In this document: piece by piece, positions 39,531-53,392 of the stretch
Layout: each line of letters begins with the position of its first letter
Numbering within the stretch: the stretch's first letter is position 1
Source: Octopus bimaculoides
Taxonomy: Eukaryota
DNA: 64,000 nucleotides
Assembly (NCBI RefSeq): GCF_001194135.2
Contig: NC_068982.1
Location: 92,383,322-92,447,321 of the forward strand
Direction: 5' to 3'
Program-made: the position numbers and the translations under genes
The notes under the pieces: generated by a model
The model's database searches: none
Seen by the model: only the letters and a program-made list of their open reading frames with translations
Told to the model about the DNA's origin: nothing

Positions 39531-42500
39531 CCCATACATACACACACTCTCTCTTTCACTTACTAATATTACAACAATCTTCCTCAGTTTCCATCTACCA
39601 AATTTCATTTACAATAAGTTGGTTAACCTGAGTGTACAGCAGAAAACACCTACCAAAGATGCTGCTCAAGGGAATTGAGCTTGGGGTTATATGGTTGCTA
39701 AAAATACTTTATCTTCACACAGCCATTCCTTATTTTTATCATTAATACTTGACAGTTAACACCAATTCATTTGGTGTCATTGTATTTTAACTTCAGCCAT
39801 GAACTGCATTCATGGATGCGTTCTTAGAATTTCTCTTTTATGATATTCAAGATTATTTTTTTCTTTTATGTAGAATGGTCATTAATAATGCAGTAATTGA
39901 TAATTATTACAGATAGGACATGATTAATAAAGTGTAGATACTATGGCTGTTCATAGTTTTATATTTTCATTTCTTGAAACCCAGGCTGCCAAACTAGGAG
40001 ATAAATTGAATTCTTATTGTTAGATCTTATTCAGCAGATTAATGTTTAAAGGGGTTCTAGCGATGACCATCTCTTATTTCTTCAGGTGTTAAACTTCCAA
40101 CATTACATTGTTCAATGTGTTTTTCCTTTTTAAAAGTAGTGTGTGATTTGAGGGAGTTTTGATTGATAATTTTAGCAGGTTGAGAGACAATATAGAGGCT
40201 CCTTCATTAACATGTAATAAGTTTTGCTTCTGAATGTTTTTAAACTTTGTAGTTTTCCTGAGACTGGTAGTGTGCAGTCTCATAAGACATAGAATACAAT
40301 TTAAATTGAAAGGATATAATTTTTAGTTGCTGTTTACGCTGAAGTGTGTAAGTAACATGTTATAACATTCTTGTGAGGTGTAGGATGTGGGGACTGAACA
40401 TTTGCAGGTGCTGAAGTGGATGAGTTTTAATATGTCTGTTAAGTATACAGTGTTAATTTGAATGAACAAGTGATTTGAGGAAGTATTTGGCCATCAAAGG
40501 CTGAGTGCTGTGTTCAAAGTTCATGAGAAGCAGTTGCAGTATATGACATGTAATGAGAATGGAAGATACATAATGGATTAAAAAAGTAAGGCAATGGCAG
40601 GCTAAGGAAGGTGCAATAAAAAGTTATTAATGTTAATTACTTTCATATGTTTGAAAATTATATAAAAGATGCATGTTTTATTGTAACTCATTCAGAAAAC
40701 AATTTTAGTAACTAGTGCTACCTAGTAAATTGTTTGATGCATTATTTATTCAGTGTTTTTCTATTTATCTTTTATAACTTAGCTAGAGAAGCAAGGACCC
40801 TTATTTTTTTCTCAAGGCTTCTGAGACTAGTGTGATGAAGGAAGTTTCTCAACTCAAATACTAGTCCAAATACTCATAAGTAGCTCTACTAGCAATAGCT
40901 ATGGGCTAGGTGGTAGTGTAAACATGAGTGACAGTCTACAATCCCCACATAAAAGCTGTCTCTTCAGTAGGCTCCCACACAGTTTCTGTCTATCAAATTT
41001 CACTCATAGGGCTTTGTTCAACATGATTCCATGATAGAAGATACTTGGCAAATGTGTTAGAAAATGATATCAAACAAGAAATTATAGTTGTGAAGCAATT
41101 GTTCTAAAATTCATGCCTGTTTATAACAATTGGATCTTTTACTAAAATGCTGTTCTAGCTTAATGATCTTCATTCTCGAGAATTTTGTCTACAAAATGCA
41201 GTATCATAAACTATTACCAAAATTGAGCTCCGGAAAAATATTCTGTAGAGCTGGGGGAAGATTATTAATGTCATATAGTAATGGGTTAAATGCTTAAAAT
41301 TATTTTGTTCCTCTGTTTCTGAGTTCAAATGTTGATTTTGCACTTTATTTCTGAGATTGATTCATTTGCCTACACTTTCTGCTTCTAAATATGTGATCTG
41401 ATACTAATTATGTATGAGATTGTCTTGCATATATATTTTCCCTTTTTTAATCCATGGAAAATTTTTAGAGCATTTTTCTTTTTTTTTTCCTGTTTTTATA
41501 CATACATGTACATATGCATGCATCCATTCACATACACACATACAAATATAAAACACATTTTCAATTTTTATTCATATATTCATGCACACACATCTGTTAG
41601 CAAATGGAAAGAATCTGTCACAAGGTATGTACACTCCCAGCAGCTGAATTTTATGTAGTGGTAAGCATTTTAAAGAGCAAACTGAGATTGTAAAACAGTT
41701 TACACTCATGATTGAAGCAATTTCACTTATTTACTGCTTATTACCTTTCAAAAAAGGCATGAACACCACTAAATCTCCCTTATAAATGATTGTTAAAGAC
41801 TGTCTTTGCTGCATTTGTGCTACATTCCTAATAGTGACACCTATTCTCTTGACTCTAACTGCAGCTAGTTTCTATACAGTAAAATTTGATAATTTTTTCT
41901 GACTGAATATTAAGAAATTACTAGTGGTTTCTATTAGCTCAGAGACAGCTAAGTGGGCTACTGATATTCTTCTTCTATGTATGTCTCTCTACATCCCTAA
42001 CAAGAAAACACAATCCTTTCAATGGTTCAGTCATAGCTGCAATGAAGTTGAAGGGGTAAAGCCCATTTTATTAACTCTTGTGTCCTTTTATTTTGGTTTT
42101 TGCTTTCCTTGCTCTTTCTTTTATGTCTAAATGACCTCCTCCAGTTGCTTCTAATGGCACAATCCTATGTGAATGATGATACCCTTAACCTCCTATATAC
42201 ATAGAAATCTTACTTAAGATATGAACTGTTTTCATGATTAAAGTTTTTAAAAATATTCCTTAATAAGGACATGACAACGTAATCTCCTTTAACAGTACAA
42301 AGCACAATCACTCTACATATCTATATCTTCTCTATGCTGAACAAAAACTAAAATCCTAAAGATCCTAGTATCATGATGGCAACCTCAAAATACAATATTA
42401 CTAAAACTACATCCTAAAGATAAGGTTTCCTTTTCAGTCCTGATCAGTTGGTGACCCTCTATAAACTTTAGTGCACCTTACACAGGAGTACTGCTCACAC

Positions 42501-45500
42501 ACATTTAAAATAGTTTTGCTGATATGCATTTCTTCAACAATATTAAAAAAGCTTGCTTTCATCATTCTAGGTTCTGTTAAGTACCAGTAGAGTCTTAGAG
42601 TTAATTTAATTGACTAAAGCCTAATTCTACAATTTTATCAGCTTTTGTCAATGTAAGAAATACTATTGTTGTATGAAATTAGAATATCAGACCAGATGCT
42701 ACTTTAGAGTTCAGAGTTCAATTTTTTGAATTGATAAAATAAATTCTAACTTTGATTCAATTATTTGTACATCCATCCTTTCAAAAATTGACCGTGTGCT
42801 TAGTCAAATGAAATATTTATTTATATACATATATTTTTAGCACTTGTTATTTATGATTATATCCTTTTCTCTAATTCTACTCTGCTTTTTTTCTAAACAA
42901 AACAAATTTTTTTTATAACTGAACTCAGTGTTTATACTGAGTTTCTTGTAATTTTATACAACCTCAGTTTAGTTTATTTTAGTATTTTAAAAGCCAGTTT
43001 TCAAATATAATTATTTCTTAGTATAAATAACTGAATCAAAGAAGCTAATTAAACTGAACATTTTAAATAATAGTACAAATTTGGTTGTTGGCAGAATATA
43101 TTTTGATACTAGTTTCATTTCAGTGGTTTGTATCCTAGCAGAATACAATAATTCTAACAGAAATATCTCCTCAGTGGCTCAATCCACCTAGTTGTAAATA
43201 GGTTCTACAAAGTACTGTCTGTTATAGTTAGGTGTATTGGGCCATTGAGAAATAACTTAATTTTTAATTAGATACTTATAGGAGCATTGTATAATTTGAC
43301 AAATGTTTTGTTGGAACTTGAAGTACCAATTATAATTTCTATGCATATAGCTTGATGAGGGATATATTCTATCGAGCTTAACTTGTGCTGGATAGACTAC
43401 ATGCCAATGAAGTCTTCAGTGAACAGTTTTGTGGTTTTAATGGGGTTGCCATAGTCGCTACCACTATTACCACCACCTTATTTAACTACTCATTTATATA
43501 TCTTGCTCAGCTATAGTGTGGATAAATTGACTCCTTGTTTCTGAATGACAGCTCAACCTGTCAATATTTCTCTTGATTTTTAAGATGATTGTTTTATTTT
43601 AATTTTCATCATTTATGGTATAATAATGGTATATTTTTTCAAAGCTCTTATTCACCTAAACAATATGTCTATGAAGAGGCAGACTTATAAACTTTAAAAA
43701 TTTTCAATTCATGAAAATATTGGTTATATTTCATTTATTTATTTTCTAATTTTAATCACCTGAATTGAAAAATAACGCTTTTCCAAACTTCAGTTTTTTC
43801 TGTTTTCCTTATAGAATGAGCAGAGATACAATGACAGAAAAATTTGGGGAGTATCTTTGACGTCATTGCAGCAACATGAAGGGTATAAAGTAAGGCCCTT
43901 TTCCTCCTGACCTCATCGTCTGTGATTTGCACTTCATTATCACAACCTATAATAAATAATTTCCTCTTCTTAGCCCTTATCCTGGAAACTATACTAGGAT
44001 ATATTTGCTTTTTAACAGATAAAATTCTTCTCTTCAATTAATTCTTTCAAACTGAGCTGCAACTTCTCTCTTTAACTTCTTCCTAGATTTCTAAATCATC
44101 TCAGTTATTAATTAATTCATGAATTGGTCATGATCAAGTGAATATCTTTGATTTAGTTATATATACATGCATGTGAAATTTTCTTTTAAAGATTTAGTCT
44201 ACTTTAGAAGGAAGATACATTTTCATTGTCATCGTTTCATGTCCAAATGAAATTTACTTAAATTCTTAAATTCTGCAAAAAAGAAGAAAAAAGAAAGAAA
44301 AAATGGGAAAAAAAAAAATGCAATTATGCACAATTTTAATTAAGTGTATTGTAAGTAATAATATTGAGGATGGTAATGGAAATGTAATTTTTTAAAATAA
44401 TAATTTTGAATGTAAAAACAAAAAGTAAATATTGACTAAGATTGAAATCATTTGATGGATATTGATAAAAGTATTGTTTAGCTAAAAAGATAGAGGAGTG
44501 CAGCTTCAGTTTCAATATAGAAATAGTCTTGAGATGTTCCACTACATGTGGCAAGGGAGATTAAATGATTACTTCTGTAAATGAGGATAATCAAAGTTAC
44601 TGCCATTCTCCTAATCTCATAGACCTTAAATCATCTAACTAATATGCTTAACTATCCTTATTGTTCTTAAATACTTATTTCAATCTGGTTTTCTAATATC
44701 TTCTGAGAAAGGCTATTCTCTTAGTTTCTCTAATCAAAAGCTTTATAGACATTTCTTTTGATGGATTCTCCTCATTCAAGATGTTTTAATCTTTTTCGCC
44801 CTTAATTTTAAAGGCTTCTAAAATGTTTTGCTTTTTAAAAATCTTTTTATTAAATCTTTTTTAATAATCCATAGATGTGTAGTTGTTGTTGTTTTTCTTC
44901 AGCCTGCTGCTAATTATGGCTTGGGCTTTATTTTATTTTAATTATAGAGAATTGTTTGTTTTATTTTATTGGATTTTTTTCCTCTGCATCTAATAAATAT
45001 TTTTACTCACTGTAGATTTAGCTTGGAAATTTATTACTGTTGTGAGCTTACAGTAATGTATTATTGTTTTAAAGTTTTAGTGATTTGATTTTTGTAAATT
45101 TACTAAAGATTCTTTCAAAATATCACTTTAGACACATTAGGACAACTTCTACTTTTGATGAGGATGAAATTTGCTTTAAGAGTTATTAATGATTTTGTTT
45201 CGAAATAGATTTGATTCCAGAACTATTGACATCTATTCAATTAGATACTTAATTATACACATGTATTAAATGGTACACTGATCAAATGTTAAACATCTAA
45301 TCAGTGTTTGATTAAAAATCCACATCAATAATTCAAACACTGTTATATTTCCTCAGTCTCTATCTGACTGACAACTAGCTGTAAAATCTGCTGCAGCAAT
45401 TTATGCAGGCATTGAAAAATGAATGAAAAAGATAGGAAGAAAACATATCTTGTCAGGCTCTGTTGATGCCGAAAACATCAGTTTGTCCAATGTTCATTCA

Positions 45501-46185
45501 AAATAAATTAAGGTAATATTGTGTTAAACTTTGTTCAGGTGTGATTTGCAAACGCATAACTGAATAGCCTTAACTGCTTTCAGTAAAATATCAAAGCAGC
45601 AAATAATGTCTGGCATTAAAGTTGTTTGAAGTAAAAAAGAATTCATACAGAAAATTAAACAAAAGCAACCTTAAACAATATGGTATCTCATTTCATTGTA
45701 GCATTAGTCTTGAGGTCAACAATTCATGTCCCACAAGCAGTGCTGTATTGTCAGTGTCTGATTCTCGAAACTCTTTCTAGGCGTATTCCACCTAGTTGCA
45801 AATAGATGCCATGATTTGGTACAAGTTAAGCTGTTAACAGCATGTTTTTTTTTGTGTTAGCTTACAAAAATGAAGATATGTCCATTCATAAAGTATAGCT
45901 TGAAGTGGAATGGGTTCACGAGATAGCTTACTATAGCAATATAAATATACCTTATGAAGATAGTTCTGCAAAAATTAATCATATGACTTGATGCATTATG
46001 GAACTCACAAAACATTTATTGTAAGCTGCATACAATCCAGCTTTTTATTATTATCTTTTAAATTTCATTTCTTTTTTCTGCTCATGCTATTTAAGTAGAC
46101 TTTTAGTTTATGCTTTTTCATTGAATTCTGAAATGTATGAAAACTGTATTTATTTTGGGATGTTTGAAACTTAGATATTTGTCAA

Positions 46186-46221
<36 letters not shown>

Positions 46222-46889
46222 ATAAAGAAAAAAGCCATTAGTTTTACAGAAACATAAACTTTAATCTTAATTCAACAAAGCCCATGATAATTCTCAGTAA
46301 TGTATTTTAAAGCTATTTCATTCAATTGTTTCTTGTCATAGATTTCTGCTACAGTCAATGTTAAACTCTATAATGTTTAAGAATTGGAAAAATCTTAATG
46401 TTATCACTATCATTTCTTTAAACCTTTTTTTTTATTTATCTATTTGCATGTTTGCTACCCTATAATAATAATAATAATTGTTTGAGTAGTCATAACAACT
46501 CTAACTTCTTGCTAGATGTCCTACATTATAACCATCACTTTTATTATTAAATGCCAATTGCCAACATTTTCAAATATTTGCATGTTGATAATTTTTTTAT
46601 GTATAACTTGTATAATTCATAGGTTTTCATTTTCTTTATAGAAAGTTTTTTTTCGTATATTAACTTGATCTTTCCAATTAGTATTATATGTACCTTAAAT
46701 GCAAGCATGCGCATACACATATACACGTGCACACACACACACACACAGGTGTATACAGACATAGCTGTTCTTAAGGAGTTTGCTTACCAAATACTATGTT
46801 TGACATTCAAACCTATAGCACAGCATCTTGGGCATGTATCTTTTACTATCCTTTGAGAGTGAATGTAGTAAACAGAAACTGAAAGAATC

Positions 46890-46926
<37 letters not shown>

Positions 46927-47468
46927 CTATTTGCATGTCTCTGAATATCACAAGCTACAAGTGGTGATCATATAATTTCTCTTCTCAAAAAGTTATCTGC
47001 TAGCTTTGTCCCTCCAAAGACATGTAAGGTAAAACATCGCTTACTTGGAAAACAACGATGGGTTAGTGACAGGAAGGGTATCTAGTTGTAAAACAATGCC
47101 TCTGCAGAATGTTCATCTAACTCTTGCTTGCATGGAAAAACAGGCATAAAACAAGAGCGAATACACACATGCACAAACACACACCATTTTTAAAACAATT
47201 GAGCAGATTTATTTTTTACCTTACTGTTTCTGTTGACAGTTTCTTAAAATATCAATGCCTAGTTGTTGATGGTATATATATGTCAGTGAACAGGTTGCGG
47301 TCTCAAAGCAATGAAAATATTTTGACAAATTAAATTTAAATGTTGAAGTGAATCTAACGGTCTTTGTGTGTTATTTTAAATGGCTTATAAACACCTTCCA
47401 CGCTGCAATTGTTTTCGTTCCAGCACACGATCTCAAATCAGGTCACTTGCTATGCAAGTACATCTCCG

Positions 47469-47541
<73 letters not shown>

Positions 47542-47777
47542 TGTTAACTTTTACAGGTATATATATTTCGTATTTTATAAAACTATAAATATAGTCAATA
47601 CATTCTAGAATGAGTTATATTCTTTCTAATTTTCGAAGTTCAACTGATTTAATCATCTCTTGATAAAAATTTAAGCAACTAAGTTAAACTGAATTTAGCT
47701 ATTTGAAACTGGCAGTTTGCTGTGCTTGGAAAGATACATCATGCTAAGTAAAAGTGTGGTTGTTCTTGCATACAGGC

Positions 47778-47996
47778 TCACCCCCACTGCAACCCTCTAT
47801 AGCTCAGCATCCCTAATCTTGCAGATTTGTAGGTGCTGGTGCCACATAAAAAGCACCTGTACTGGTGCTGTACACTCTCTAAAATGGTTGGCATAAGGAA
47901 GGGAATCCAGCCATAGAAACCATGCCAAAACAGGAGTCCAAACAGCCCTGTCAAACTGTCCAACCCATGAAAAACAGATGTTAAATGATGATGTAT
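47778..47996 (-). mobile_element. RTE-type 3' UTR fragment
   Basis: Homologous to 14232-14527 (CACTCTCTAAAATGGTTGGCATAAGGAAGGGAATCCAGC; CATCATCAT-type tail). Confidence 0.55.
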
Positions 47997-48999
47997 AGTG
48001 CAGAAATAAGGTATTTTCTAGATTAGTATCTTAATTGTTTTATTTTGCCCTGATTTGTTGCAGAAAATTTTATCTTTTATGATGACTGCTTAATAGGGAA
48101 GGCATCAGTTTTCAGGATTTAAAATTGGAATAGTTTTGCAATTAAGTGTCTGAAATACTGACATTTGAACTTTTATAATGAATAAAATGAGCATTGTCTT
48201 GTAGACAACCTAGAGTGAAGATCAGTGGAGAAAATTCATCAATAGCCTATGCTCCATTGGAAGCAAAGGGCTTAAGTAAGTAGATAAGAATTTGGGAGCA
48301 TGTAGTAAAACAGCTCTTTCATTAAGAAGCTGATGTTTGGAATATATGTTTTCTTGCGTAAAATTATGATGGACTGTTTTAATTTAAATAGGAACACTTT
48401 AAAATGGAATGTTACATGTTATGTAACCAGAGGCACTCAGGTGGGTCGGTATTGAAACAGTTAAATGTCCTCTTATATTTGTATGGCTTAATAAACTCCA
48501 CTTTATGCCATTTCATCAGTACATCTTTGGTTTTATGCTTATTCTTGATTTTAAAATTTAATTATGCTTTAAATATGTTTGAACTTATTCCCTTCATATT
48601 AACTATGCATTTCCTATTATCTCTGTATTCTCTTTTACAAATTTACTCTAACTCAATTTGCTTTCATTTAATATTTTTGTTGCTCAGTTTTGCTGCAACT
48701 AAATACAAAATTGTTTTAAAGCTGTTTAACTATGGAGATATAAAAAAAGTAAAACATGTCTGTGAGATTGAATCGAAAAAGTCATAACTTAGAGCAGATG
48801 GTTCCTTATGGTTTTCCCTGTAGCTTAAAAATGAACCAGCCCCAAAATATTTGGATTTTAAGCAAGTCACTCTAGCGATGGTTAATGTCAAGCATGTTGT
48901 ATGACAGACAATATGACAAATAGAAGGCTATATCATTTTCTCATATAATTAAAAAATGAGAGAAAGACAGGTTATGTACACATCCTTTGTAAGTCTTCT

Positions 49000-49800
49000 A
49001 AGGCTGTTCAGATTAATGCAAATGATCAATTTGAGATGTTGCAAGTTGATGTCTGCAGGAAAAATGTGGATAGGAAAGGAATTCTAGAGGATTGATGTTT
49101 TGATAAGAAAGGATTGGCAATAGGGGTTAGTGTGGGGCTTGAATAGTAAACCACAAAACAAGTGATGCACAGTAGACAGATGGGTGGGCTTATGTGGAGG
49201 CAGTTTACAGTGAGCTTCCTCTGAAGAGCAGAGATTATTAAAGTTGTTACAAATAGTGGGAAGATATCTGTGGGCTCTGGATGTTAAAATGTGTTGGTGA
49301 ATAAGTCTTTGTCATTAAGCTAAATGGCTTTCCATTGAATGCAGTTGAAGGTGTGTGTGTGTGTGTGTGTAGAAATAGAGGTTGGGAACAACATTCCATT
49401 GTAGATTTCATTTGAATTTTAAGAGTCACCAGCTGTTTTGGGATTGAAATATTTTCTGACTCTGGAGAGGAAGTCTAGTATTTAGAACATAATTTTTGCT
49501 ATGTTATGGATGTAAAACCATCAGTTTTTGTGATGCTAAGCAATCTGTAGCAGTTTTGAGGGCCTGCACAAAACTGTCACAAGGGAGGACATTTAGGAGG
49601 GTACAATGGATTGTAGTTTGCTGGTCTGAAGTGAATACTAAAATTGTTTTGTGATGCATGAGAGGAATATGGTGTAGCATGCTGTAATGTCTGCAGTGTT
49701 AGGAAAGTTTTTAGCTTCAAAATTATTTTTATGCCCACATTTCTATGTTATGCTTGGATGGAATAGGTTTTATAAAGCAAATTCTCTTAGATGTCGTTCT
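49000..49800 (-). mobile_element. CR1/L2-type LINE fragment
   Basis: Minus-strand ..IHNIAKI..LDFLSRVRKYFNPK.. and ..FLSTFFLQTST.. resemble the ORF2 C-terminus. Confidence 0.5.
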
Positions 49801-50403
49801 TGTTAACTTACATTTGTAATTGGCTCAAGTGTTTTACCTAGAACATGGATGTAATTAAATCATTTCAAATAATTCTTTACTATCATAAATTAAGATAGTT
49901 TTGCAAAAATTTCGATTAGCTTTTGTAAGCCCAGTCTTACATGTTAGCTTTCATATTATGATTAATTTCTCTCATCAGCTATAAATCGACATTGTAAAAA
50001 TAATGCAATGTTCCATTTTATTGGACTGTTTTACTTTCCTTTAAGGTGTCATACTAAAGATTAAAAGAGTGATCTTCTATTGGATTTTCATGCTATAGTT
50101 GGTGGGTTTCTATTGTTTTGTTTTTATTAACCATTGTTAGGCTGTTATTTATGTCATCACCTATATTTTTCTTCCACATAAATTGATTTATCAATGTCGC
50201 TCAATCAAGCTATTGGAAAAAATAATATGCATGTATATATGTGTGCATATAATATATATATATAAATAGATATGTATATTTGTGTATAAGAATGTATAAA
50301 TATTTATATGTATATACATAATATATGTGTGTGTATACGTACATAGATATGTGTGTCTATATATATAAAACAAAGATATTTTATTCCACATGGGTAGAAA
50401 TAT

Positions 50404-51042
50404 AGGAAAAATAGAAGTTGAAAATGCACTGAGAATAGTTAAAATATTTGAAGCTTTAACTGGTTTCACAGTTTACACTGATTTTTAAAAAGTTCAAATA
50501 GAAAGACATGGTTTATGTCGCAGCTGTCTTGCTTCTCGCTAGTGTTTGAAGTTTTTCCTGTTTCTATAGGGAGTTCATGGCTCAAATTAGTATATGTTTT
50601 GAATAGGATTTGATTGGTAAAGGATAGTCACATGATTGTTCTTAGAAACTTTTGTAGGTTCCCTGCTGAAACACTTGACAGAAAACATTCAGAGCATTGA
50701 TTGTTTAGACTTGTACAGTCAACCATGTCAGCCTTAACATTCCACGCCAAATATCATTTGATACTAATACATGGCCATAGCGGGGAAAACACACAAAAAT
50801 TTCTAAGACCAGTCATGTGACAATCTTCTACCAATCAAATCCTATTCAAAACGTATACTAATTTGAGCTATGAACTCCCTATAAAAACGGCAAACTTCAA
50901 ACACGAGTCAGAAGCAAGACAGTTCCGACATAAGCCACATCTTTCTATTTGAACTTTTTGAAAATAAGTGTATACTGTGAAACCGGTTAAAGCTTCAAAT
51001 ACTTTAACTATTCTCAGTGCATTTTCAACTTCTATTTTACCT
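50404..51042. mobile_element. Foldback/MITE-like element with ~250-bp inverted arms and ~140-bp spacer
   Basis: 50404-50654 is the reverse complement of 50794-51042 (about 85% by eye). Superfamily unassigned, no TSD identified. Confidence 0.8.
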
Positions 51043-51084
51043 CCCTCCCTCCCCCCTCTCTCTCTCATCACCATTTGATGTCCG

Positions 51085-51350
51085 TGTTCCATGCTAGCAT
51101 GGATGGGACGCTACCACAAAAGCTGGCCGGGCCGAAGCCTGCACCAGACTTCTGTGACTGTTTTAACAGGATTTTTACAGTTGGATGCCCTTCCTAATAC
51201 CAATCACTCAGCAGAGTGGACTTAGTGCTTTTTATGACACAAGCGCAGGTGAGGTGCGTAGTGCTTTTTACATGGCACAAGCACAGGCGAGGTCAATTTT
51301 GGCAATGGATGTCCTTCTAAAACCAACTACTTTTACAGTGTGGATTAGGT
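51085..51350 (-). mobile_element. RTE-type 3' UTR fragment
   Basis: CCATGCTAGCATGGA...GGATGCCCTTCCTAATACCAATCAC, homologous to 63686-64000. Confidence 0.6.
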
Positions 51351-51589
51351 GCTTTTAAGTGGCACCTGTACTGACAGGGTCACCAAGTACTTGCAAGAAA
51401 AAAACTTTTAAGAGGGGAGGAGGCAAATATATATGTATATGTGTGTATATATGTACGTATATATGTATATGTGTTGATATATATGTATAAAAAAATATAT
51501 ACACACACACACACACACACACAAGCATAAATATGTGTGTACGGATTGTGAATGGTGTGTGCACAGAACTGCATTCATTTTTCAGATAG

Positions 51590-52310
51590 AATAACTTTCC
51601 TCCTTCTGGCCATATATTGATTGACTGTTTACCTGCACCTTGTGATGCGTTTGGCTTAACAGTTAATAGTAGAAAGACTTGTAATTATCAACCTGTCTCT
51701 AGGAAACAATATCTACCTACATCAAGGGTGTGCAGTTAAAGGTTATGGATAAGTTTGTATACTTTGGTAGGGTGTTCTCTCAGCTCAGTACCCTGGATGA
51801 AGAAATCAACCACTGAATTTCAGAAGCTGCTGCTGCTTATAGAAAAGAGACTCTGGTTTGATTTGGATATTGAAATCTGCACAAAATTTGAAGTGTATGT
51901 GCTGTGCATGCATGCTTACAATATTGACATATGGATGTGAGATGTGGACAACATATAGGAGATGCCTTCAGTGTCTATAACATTTTCACCAGTTGTACTG
52001 TGCTACATAATGAAAATCACTTGGAAATCATTTGTACCAGGTACAAGAATAATACAGCAATCTCATTTGTCAAGTTTGTGTGTGTGGAGTTGGGGTGGGT
52101 GTCTATGATATTGAATCAATGATTTAGAAAGTTTGGTCACATAGTATGCTTGGAGAATAGTTAATTCCTAAACCAGGTTCTGAATGGTGAGTTCAATTGG
52201 CAAAAGCACCTACAATGCAGGTCAAGTAAGAGATATAAAAGATTGTTTGAAAAATGCACTAAATATGGTGGTGCTCAAGTGCAACTGCAACCACATGGCT
52301 TAAAAATTAC
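51590..52310 (+). mobile_element. RTE-BovB-type LINE ORF2 C-terminal fragment
   Basis: CDAFGLTVNSRKT..LKVMDKFVYFG..LDEEINH.ISEAAAAY..LTILTYGCEMWTTYRR..FGHIV..ENS motifs with stops and frameshifts. Confidence 0.75.
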
Positions 52311-52926
52311 TAAAGAATAACAAACTAAGCATTGACATCAACACTTGGTAAGGTCATGAACCAAACAGACATTTTTATTGGAGATGCCTGATTGTTGATG
52401 GTGTTGCAGAGTTTGAGATCAAGCTCATAGCTGATGCTCAATTGAAATGTGCTGCAAAACATGGAAGCTGTTGTGCCACTCACAGAATGGGGCTCTAGAC
52501 AGTACTTACAGTGCAAAATTTGTTTGTGATCAAGACTTTTCAAAAGCAAGACTGCTTAAGCATGGCTGGAGTCCTGTTGCTCTTGATGCTAAAAAGCAAT
52601 ATTATACTCTAGCTGAGTTTCCGTGTGGCCTGTGTAGCAAAGTTGTTGATTTGAGGGTGGTTGAAAATGATCATCATTGTTTTAATGTACACTTTTTCAC
52701 GTTTGCTTGGGTTGGGCATAGTTTGTTGAGGTAGGTTTTCTACATCCAGTTGTCTTCTTACTGTCAACACATGCACGTGTATGTGTGTGTATGTATGTAT
52801 GTATATTCATATATTATACATACACACATATATAGGCATCTACACAATGTCTGTTAATGAAATTCACTCACAATTCATTGGTCAGCGCATACATAACAGT
52901 AGCAGTCATATATTTATTTGTATTAC

Positions 52927-52965
<39 letters not shown>

Positions 52966-53186
52966 TGAAAAGGGTGGATGTTGTCTCACAAGCAGTTGTG
53001 CAGGCAAAAGTGTTAGCAAATGTGGTCGGATTGACCTGAAAATTTGCACACCTATGTTAAAAGTGCTAGAGAGTTTGCATAGCAACTTTGAGTTTGCTCA
53101 ATTGAAAGGAGTGGCATCTAGGGCAAAATTCCTCATCTTTAAAATGTGGCCCGAGTACATCTGAATGAAATCAGGTTATGATACTA

Positions 53187-53224
<38 letters not shown>

Positions 53225-53392
53225 TTTACGGTTGCCAATTCATTTGGCTTATTGCATAAAATAAATTTCTTAAGCCTACTGGTTCTAAACAGTTTCTAAA
53301 TATTGCTTTTCAAGTTGTCATTCAATTTTCACCTAGATTTAAATTCTTTCATACTTCCAGTCATTACTTTGTTTCTTCATTTACTTTTTGTA

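Noticed and set aside
43756-44037. 93-aa minus-strand ORF
   Set aside because: TTG start, no splice support and no recognisable homology.
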